DNA from: Williopsis jadinii
Lineage: Eukaryota
NCBI GenBank assembly: GCA_024346625.1
Contig: AP024665.1
Location: 2,108,001 to 2,172,000, forward strand
Reading direction: 5' to 3'
DNA: 64,000 nt
A model generated the notes under the pieces. That model saw nothing but the letters and a program-made list of their open reading frames with translations. It was not told the origin of the DNA and did not search any database. Shown here piece by piece: positions 57,317 through 64,000 of the stretch. The translations under genes and the position numbers were made by a program. The first letter of the stretch is position 1, and every line of letters starts with the position of its first letter.

Positions 57317-60287
57317 AACACCTTCACGGTCCGTCAGTCAGAGAAAGAAACACACTGGTACTCAACAGCCTGTGCAATTCCATCGTCGCTCCATAGGTGA
57401 ATGGGACTTCATCAAAACCGTAGGTGCAGGCTCAATGGGAAAGGTCAAGTTGGCCAAGCATAGACGAACCAACGAGGTTTGCGCAATCAAAATTGTGACA
57501 AGAGCTTCGAAGCTGTACGAGAGAAACCACATGAATGATTTACCCCCAAATTCGTCTCAGGAGAGGCTACAGAGACAAAAAGAGTATAAAAAGGAGTTGG
57601 AGAGGGATCGCAGAACAATCAGAGAATCTTCATTGGGTAAGATCCTATACCATCCTTTTATCTGCCGTTTGTTTGAGGTTAAAGTAATGTCAAATCATTT
57701 CTACATGCTATTTGAATACGTCTCTGGTGGTCAGATGTTGGATTACATTGTTTCACATGGTTCTTTGAAAGAACGCCACGCTAGAAAATTTGCCAGAGGT
57801 ATTGGATCCGCATTAGATTACCTCCACAAGAATAACGTTGTGCATAGAGATTTAAAGATTGAAAACATTATGATTTCAAAAAGTGGAGATATCAAACTCA
57901 TCGATTTTGGATTGTCAAATATGTACTCAAATGATTCTCTCTTGAAGACTTATTGTGGTTCTCTATACTTTGCGGCGCCAGAATTATTATCTGCCCACCC
58001 TTATATCGGTCCAGAGATTGACGTTTGGTCATTTGGTATTGTCTTGTACGTTTTGGTCTGTGGTAAGGTACCATTCGATGATCAAAGCGTTTCTGTGTTG
58101 CATGAGATGATTAAGAAGGGTAAGGTAGAGTATCCTTCATTTCTCTCCTCGGAAGTGATATCGTTGTTATCGAGAATGCTCGTTGTCAATCCTAACAAAA
58201 GAGCTCATCTTTCAGAGGTTCTTTCACATTCTTGGATGACAAAGGGTTTTGAAGGACCACCGGCATCTTTTGTTCCGCACAGAGTACCACTTACCTTGCC
58301 GTTGGACCAAGATGTTGTAGATGAGATAGTACGTCTTGAGTTTGGACAAAATGGAGAACAAGTGATGGATGATTTGACACGGATAATATCCTCAAGATAT
58401 TATCAAGACTCTGTATTGAATTGGAGATCGAATTCTCAACATTTAGATTCCCAGGAGGGCATGAACATTAACCCAACGATGGGATTCCACCCACTGATTT
58501 CTATTTATTACCTTGTTGATGAAATGTTACAGAGGAAGAAGACAAGAGATTCTGTACTGGATATCCCAACTGCAAACGTTCAACAAAGTGAAGAGCAGAA
58601 GGAGTATGTTACCCCACAGATTACTCAACAAGCTACCTTTTCTGGCGATAAAGCAGAAGGTGAATTATCAACACCAACTCCACTTCCTGAACTCACATTC
58701 CCTGAGGCTGCTCATACAACCCCAACACATACCACTTCTCCAATGACATTGCGTGATGACCATATAGAGGATGAAGATGTATTTGTCCAACAGCAGGTTA
58801 AGAAGGATGAATCAGGAAAGGGATTGAACTCTCTATTGAGAAAGTTCAGTCAACGCAGAGCCCACTCCATGAAACGTCCACAAGGTTACCAACAGTCCAA
58901 TTCACACTCGCAATCAAATTCTATCAGTATGAATGATACACCTTCTTATCATACTAAACAGTTCCTGGAACCAGAATATGGTAATCCTCGCCGTGTTGGA
59001 AGTGTAAAGATCTCTAAGACCTCACTGAAAGGTGAGGATGATACCAAACCGAAGAATCCAAAGACCCATACTAGAGCAGTGTCTGCATACGCGGGTCCAT
59101 CATCTTTGGTTGATAATGAAATTCCTCCACTTCCAAAGCAATCAATTGTTGGTACATCTACCGAAAAGAAGTACCATCCAACTGCTAGGGCGAAATCTGT
59201 TGGTCATGCTCGTCGTGAGGATTACAAATTTGGCGGGGATGAAGAAGAGAAGACCCCATTGCCTACCGATATTAATGACGACGCATTCTTTGATGATATT
59301 ACCCTCGATGATTTCAATGGAGATACACCAAACGTTCGGAAAACACAAACGACTCAGAGCAATCACGTTCCAGATCACGAATTGACGGAGAAGGAGATCA
59401 TGGACCAAGCTTCGAAAGCTCCACCGGGATCGATGCCTTCTATTGAGCACCCAAGGTCCTTGTTCTTGAAGGGATTCTTTTCTGTCCAAACGACTTCAAC
59501 CAAGCCACTTCCGGTTATCCGTGCTGATATCATCTCGGTGTTGACTAAACTCGGTGTTCAATTTACCGAAGTGCGCGGTGGATTCGTCTGCGTACACACT
59601 CCTTCTATTGGTGGACCTATGAATCTATCACCAGCTTCTGATGTTACTCCTGCAATCACTATTACCCATAGTAATGAAGATGCTATTGTGGAAGAGCAGG
59701 ATAATGGTCTGATGAGACAGCAATCATCTGGCGGTGCTTCCACAGAACAGAGAACTATAACGCACGACAGTGGATCCGCTGGTGAGAGTGACCAAAACTC
59801 AAACTCTGGATCGTACAAGAATCACAGACGTAAGTTTTCCATCGGAGGTTCCATCTTGGGTTACAAACGCAAGCAATCCATTGGTGGTCCAGCAATCCCA
59901 CCTACACCTGTTGCTACGATCAAGTATCAAAATGTTGCCTCACCAACTGCACACCATGGACAAGGCGATTTTGACTCCTCTGCGTCTCTAAACTCTAGCA
60001 GTGGTGGAAACCCTGATAGTATGATATTCTCAAGTGGAATTGAGCAAACCCCAAGATCTCGCACCGTTTCAAACGCTGTGAAATCCGAGTTGAATGATGA
60101 ACCAACGACACAAAGGTCGACACAACATAGCTCCTCAGCCCAAGGTCGTACGCCGTTGAAATTTGAAATTCATCTAGTGAAGGTTCCATTGGTTGGTCTA
60201 TTTGGTGTACATTTTAAGAAAGTTTCTGGTAACACATGGATGTACAAAGCACTCGCTGGTCAGATATTAAACGAGTTGAATTTGTAA
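56775..60287 (+). CDS. KIN2: MARK/PAR-1 family Ser/Thr kinase with KA1 domain
   Basis: GAGSMGKVK, HRDLKIEN, DFG, CGSLYFAAPE; KA1 end FEIHLVKVP...GNTWMYKAL; polyQ at about 57261-57317. Single KIN1/KIN2 ortholog. Confidence 0.93.
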
Positions 60288-60482
60288 AGGAAACAAGGAG
60301 GTTTCTACGATAAAAGAACTTGAACTCAGTTTTCGTTTATAGCTTGATGCTTGTAATAAGAAGTTTTGACAATTGTATAGTATTTATTTATAAACTATGT
60401 ATTAGTCTTGAGACTATCTCAACGCCTTGGCTATCACCACCTATAAAAGTTCAAGCAAATCCAAAAAAAAAGATAAGCTGAA

Positions 60483-60555
60483 TGCCCCACGTGGGGCTCG
60501 AACCCACAACCGTACGATTAAGAGTCGTAAGCGCTACCGATTGCGCCAGCGAGGC
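60483..60555 (-). tRNA. tRNA-Lys(CUU)
   Basis: Reverse strand GCCTCGCTGGCGCAATCGGTAGCGC-TTACGA-CT-CTT-AA-TCGTA...GGTTCGAGCCCCACGTGGGGCA. Confidence 0.95.
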
Positions 60556-60747
60556 AATTGCTTGAAAACGAAGATCTCGGTGTTTGGTATTATCTGCAGC
60601 GCTGCTACGAGCACTTGTGTAAGTTTGGTAGGCACCACATTAATTAGATCTTTCTAGAAAGATTTCGAAAACGTCTTCAACATTATAAATGTTTTCAACA
60701 CTTTTCCAACCATTGTTGTTTGTGATTTACTCTTACAAGTAGCCAAG

Positions 60748-61779
60748 ATGGTTGTCAATAATCCTAACAACTGGCACTGGGTCGATAAGAACTGCATTGA
60801 GTGGGCCCGTGAATACTTCAGGGAAAACATTGTCGGGTTGAAAGGTGAATCAGACGACAATTCCACCGTGGCAACTGTTACAAGTGTTACGTCAGTTGAA
60901 GGAGATGTAGTTGTTTCCCAGCGTAAAGGAAAGATCATTAGCTTGTTTGATGTGAAGCTGGTGTTGAGCTACGAGGGAAAAGTTGATGACGTTGATGCTA
61001 AGGGGACTATCACAGTCCCAGAAGTTGCATATGACACCGAAGAAGATGAGTACCAATTTGACATCTCTGTGTTTTCTGAATCGAGCTCCAACACAAAGAT
61101 CAGGGACGTTGTCAGACAAAAGATTGTTCCACAGTTGAGAAAGGTCCTTGTGCAATTTGGCAAGGATTTGATGATTACACATGGGTCTGATATCCAGGTA
61201 TCGTCTGATAAAGTCACATCTCAATTCACCAAGGCAAACCAAGAGGAGAGTCTTCAGTTCGAATCTGCCAAGAAGACTGAGATTGAAAAACCAACGATAG
61301 CCACAGCTAAAACAACTATAGCTTCTGCTACAACCACACCAACTGGCTCATCTCATGTTCCACAATACAATACATCAACTTTACACTTTGAGCCAGTTTT
61401 CAACACAACTGCAGAACAGATCTACCTCACATTCTTGGAGAAGAACAGAATTGGTGCGTGGACCCGTTCCAACCCAGAATTCGAAGGCGACATGCTAAAG
61501 GAAGGCTCCGAGTTCCAACTGTTCGGAGGCGGTGTCTCTGGTAAAATCACAAAGCTGGTACCTAATGAAAAGATTGAACAGGAGTGGAGATTGAGAGATT
61601 GGAAGACAGGTCACCATGCAACCCTCACAATCGACTTCCACCAAGGTGATTCAGATACCAAACTCGATGTCTTGTTCAAAGGAATTCCCGTTGGCGAGGA
61701 GGATGCTGTCCAAGGGAACTTCGAGGACTACTACGTCAGATCAATCAAGATCACATTTGGATTTGGTGCAGTTCTATAA
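60748..61779 (+). CDS. AHA1: Hsp90 ATPase activator co-chaperone
   Basis: MVVNNPNNWHWVDKNC, QRKGK, C-terminal YYVRSIKITFGFGAVL. Confidence 0.97.
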   Translation: MVVNNPNNWHWVDKNCIEWAREYFRENIVGLKGESDDNSTVATVTSVTSVEGDVVVSQRKGKIISLFDVKLVLSYEGKVDDVDAKGTITVPEVAYDTEEDEYQFDISVFSESSSNTKIRDVVRQKIVPQLRKVLVQFGKDLMITHGSDIQVSSDKVTSQFTKANQEESLQFESAKKTEIEKPTIATAKTTIASATTTPTGSSHVPQYNTSTLHFEPVFNTTAEQIYLTFLEKNRIGAWTRSNPEFEGDMLKEGSEFQLFGGGVSGKITKLVPNEKIEQEWRLRDWKTGHHATLTIDFHQGDSDTKLDVLFKGIPVGEEDAVQGNFEDYYVRSIKITFGFGAVL

Positions 61780-61820
61780 GATTAGCTCTCCATAGAAGTA
61801 TATCGCTGTATTGAAAACAT

Positions 61821-61868
61821 ACATCCGTACACCCAAACATCCGTACACTAATACATCCGTACACCACT
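61821..61868 (+). repeat. 3 x 16-bp repeat with invariant ACATCCGTACAC core (Rap1-site-like)
   Basis: Units at 61821, 61837 and 61853. Confidence 0.8.
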
Positions 61869-62252
61869 ATTCATCGATCCGGTTTACGCCTAATTTTTCT
61901 TTCGGAACTTTCTCGAAAGTGTTAAAATTTGCATGTGATTTTCCACAATGCGTCCCTCTCGCTTCAAAACCTTTTCCCGAGACAGGCCAGAAGGGAACTC
62001 AGTAGAAATCTACAAACCTCGCCAACAAGATCCTCAGGGTGTTGATCCACTGTGTCATTGTCTCTGTTCTCCGTATATTTGGTACTTTTCCCCCTTCCAC
62101 ATTGTGTTGGAATATACTCTTGTTTGGTTGTAAGGCAAGCTGCGCAGGGCTCCCACGTTGACACATTTTTCAACATTGGAATCCAACACTAGGTCTATTG
62201 CACTTTCTCAGCATCAGATTCAGTCTGTTCAAGAATACATGTACCCAAGAAT

Positions 62253-63179
62253 ATGGACCAAAGACCAGAGTCACCACGTACTCCACCACCGTTCTTCAAC
62301 TTTTCCCCGGATTTGAAGAACTATAGGGCATTTCTTAAGTCCCCCAATGCTGTGGTGGATAGCGATGCTAGCAAGTTTGCCCTCTCAGAGATGGACTTCG
62401 AGTCAGCATACGCTTTACTGACAACCACACCTGACTTTCAAATACCCACAACCCCAGGTGCGAATCAGCTTCCTCCACTAGGTCAGGAGATGGACTTCAA
62501 AGAGACCTTTCTCCCAAATAAGCCACCTAGTCCAAATGTTCTACCTTCAGTGGTACCCAATTGGCAATTTGATATCGGCCAACCTTCACCTAAATACCAT
62601 GAGCTTTTGTCAGTCAACGAGACAAATGCGCTGGAGAACTTCTTGGATAGTATCATTGACGTTCCAGCCAGGAATAAGCAGAATGGTGAGGCCGCAACAG
62701 GCAACAAAAGGCTTTTCCAAACAGCATTTCCATCGATCTCGGAGGAAGAATCGTTGGCACAGCAGGATAACGTTGGACTTGAACTGGCACTTCAGCAACC
62801 TTTAGAGACATCTGATGATACAACCAATGTTTCTTCTGCATACACTAATCCTTACGGTGGCGAATACGTTGAAACACAGCCATCATCTGCATCTGAGACT
62901 CCACAGCCCGTTGTTAAGAAGCAGAGGAAGAAGAGGAAGAACTTGTTAACAGAAGATCAGAAGAAGTTACACCACACAACGAGTGAAAAGAGACGTAGAG
63001 GGCAGATCAAAGAAAGCTTTGATCGACTTGTGAGTTTATTACCTTTGATAGATTCCACCGAGAAGAAATCAAAAAGTAAAAGTGTTGTACTGGAGACAGC
63101 AGGTAATGAAATCGATAAATTGATAAGGATAAATCAAGAGCTCAAGAAACTATTGAATGGTTCCGCTACAACGTCCTGA
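62253..63179 (+). CDS. INO2: bHLH activator of phospholipid biosynthesis
   Basis: MDFESAYALL and LLSVNETNALENFLDSI resemble recalled Ino2 activation domains; bHLH HTTSEKRRR..IKESFDRL; near KIN and YDR124W homologs as in YDR122-124. Confidence 0.8.
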   Translation: MDQRPESPRTPPPFFNFSPDLKNYRAFLKSPNAVVDSDASKFALSEMDFESAYALLTTTPDFQIPTTPGANQLPPLGQEMDFKETFLPNKPPSPNVLPSVVPNWQFDIGQPSPKYHELLSVNETNALENFLDSIIDVPARNKQNGEAATGNKRLFQTAFPSISEEESLAQQDNVGLELALQQPLETSDDTTNVSSAYTNPYGGEYVETQPSSASETPQPVVKKQRKKRKNLLTEDQKKLHHTTSEKRRRGQIKESFDRLVSLLPLIDSTEKKSKSKSVVLETAGNEIDKLIRINQELKKLLNGSATTS

Positions 63180-63368
63180 ATTCACCAATAGATTAATATG
63201 CATTGGTATTAGTGTCTTAACTGTTTTAATATTGATGAAGTCATGCATACAATGTGCAATAACGATCCCAAAGTAGTATCATAGAAAGCAATTAGGATGG
63301 GAGCGTAACACGAAACACAGCCAAGTGTGTAGTGAAATATATATATAAATAGCGGGGCCCTTCTAAGA

Positions 63369-64000
63369 TCAAGGGTTCATAAAATGGTCATTTATGTCAA
63401 TGTTGAGACCAGACGCAAGGTTTGTTGTGGTCATTGAAGGCAATCCACCACCGAGGAAGTCCAACATCATATGCATACCACCACCTCCGCTATAGTCATC
63501 AACATCTGCTGGTAACACCTTCGAAACACCTTCCAAGAACCATACTTTATCCTTCATCTCTGTGGTGAATCCTCTGAGAAGAGAATAATAACTTCTCATG
63601 ATTCTCATTGCTGATAGATCTCCAGACATTAAAAGAACCAGAAAGGTTTTATCCAGTAGTGCTGGAAATGCAAAGATCCGTAGAATGAAGTCTGATTTGT
63701 ACTTCTCGTGGTTTAACTTATCCAAATAAGCCAACGTAATCAGATAAGGCGAGTCGTACTCCACGGGGTACAAATCAGCAATGGAGTCGTCAAAGCATAC
63801 CAGATCAGATATCGACCCATTCTTATCGTTTATGATGTCACCCAAATCGCTCAAGTCCACGCTGATGAATTTATAGAAGCGAGACGTTACCGGCAAGGGC
63901 CAGACAGCAGTGAGAATAGTAGCGGCGCCCTTAACGTGGAAGATCCAGGCCGAAGCCGGAAGAGACGTGGGTGATAATGAAGAAGGTAACGATGCATTAG
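63369..64000 (-). CDS. UPC2: 3' part of a sterol-regulatory Zn2Cys6 transcription factor (runs off window end)
   Basis: [20 protein letters not shown]...[13 protein letters not shown]...[23 protein letters not shown]; near AHA1 as in YDR213W/YDR214W. Confidence 0.92.
   Translation of the reverse strand, partial: NASLPSSLSPTSLPASAWIFHVKGAATILTAVWPLPVTSRFYKFISVDLSDLGDIINDKNGSISDLVCFDDSIADLYPVEYDSPYLITLAYLDKLNHEKYKSDFILRIFAFPALLDKTFLVLLMSGDLSAMRIMRSYYSLLRGFTTEMKDKVWFLEGVSKVLPADVDDYSGGGGMHMMLDFLGGGLPSMTTTNLASGLNIDINDHFMNP

Noticed and set aside
61821..61868. CRISPR-like reading of the 16-bp periodic repeat
   Set aside because: Eukaryotic DNA, 4-nt spacers, only three units, no cas genes.

Overview
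Gene-dense stretch of a budding-yeast (Saccharomycotina) chromosome. It uses the standard code (CTG=Leu in conserved CCT2 motifs). A complex I subunit, a CHK1-type histidine kinase and short GTGAGT/TACTAAC introns suggest a non-Saccharomycetaceae, Cyberlindnera/Wickerhamomyces-like yeast (inference). About 30 protein genes lie mostly in blocks syntenic with S. cerevisiae YFL047-049/YLR079-080, YLR095-107/YDR122-130 and YDR211-214. There are also two tRNAs and a C/D snoRNA (snR79-like). Highlights the ORF track misses or hides: (1) two tandem 32-codon a-factor-type pheromone genes (MQPTNSATPKENTENSDN|LIIWGGGWIT-CTIA) with shared a2-Mcm1-like promoter sites, next to a YDR124W/DUF2841 gene; (2) a co-oriented cassette of two EutQ-like cupins, an aldo-keto reductase with an in-frame TAG and a CYP504/501-like P450; (3) the snoRNA sits inside an apparent 5'-UTR intron of SEN2; (4) INO2 has an overlapping uORF and a triple Rap1/telomere-like repeat upstream; (5) a 6.6-kb gene-free region. 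Gene names come from recalled sequence motifs and gene order, not from database searches.
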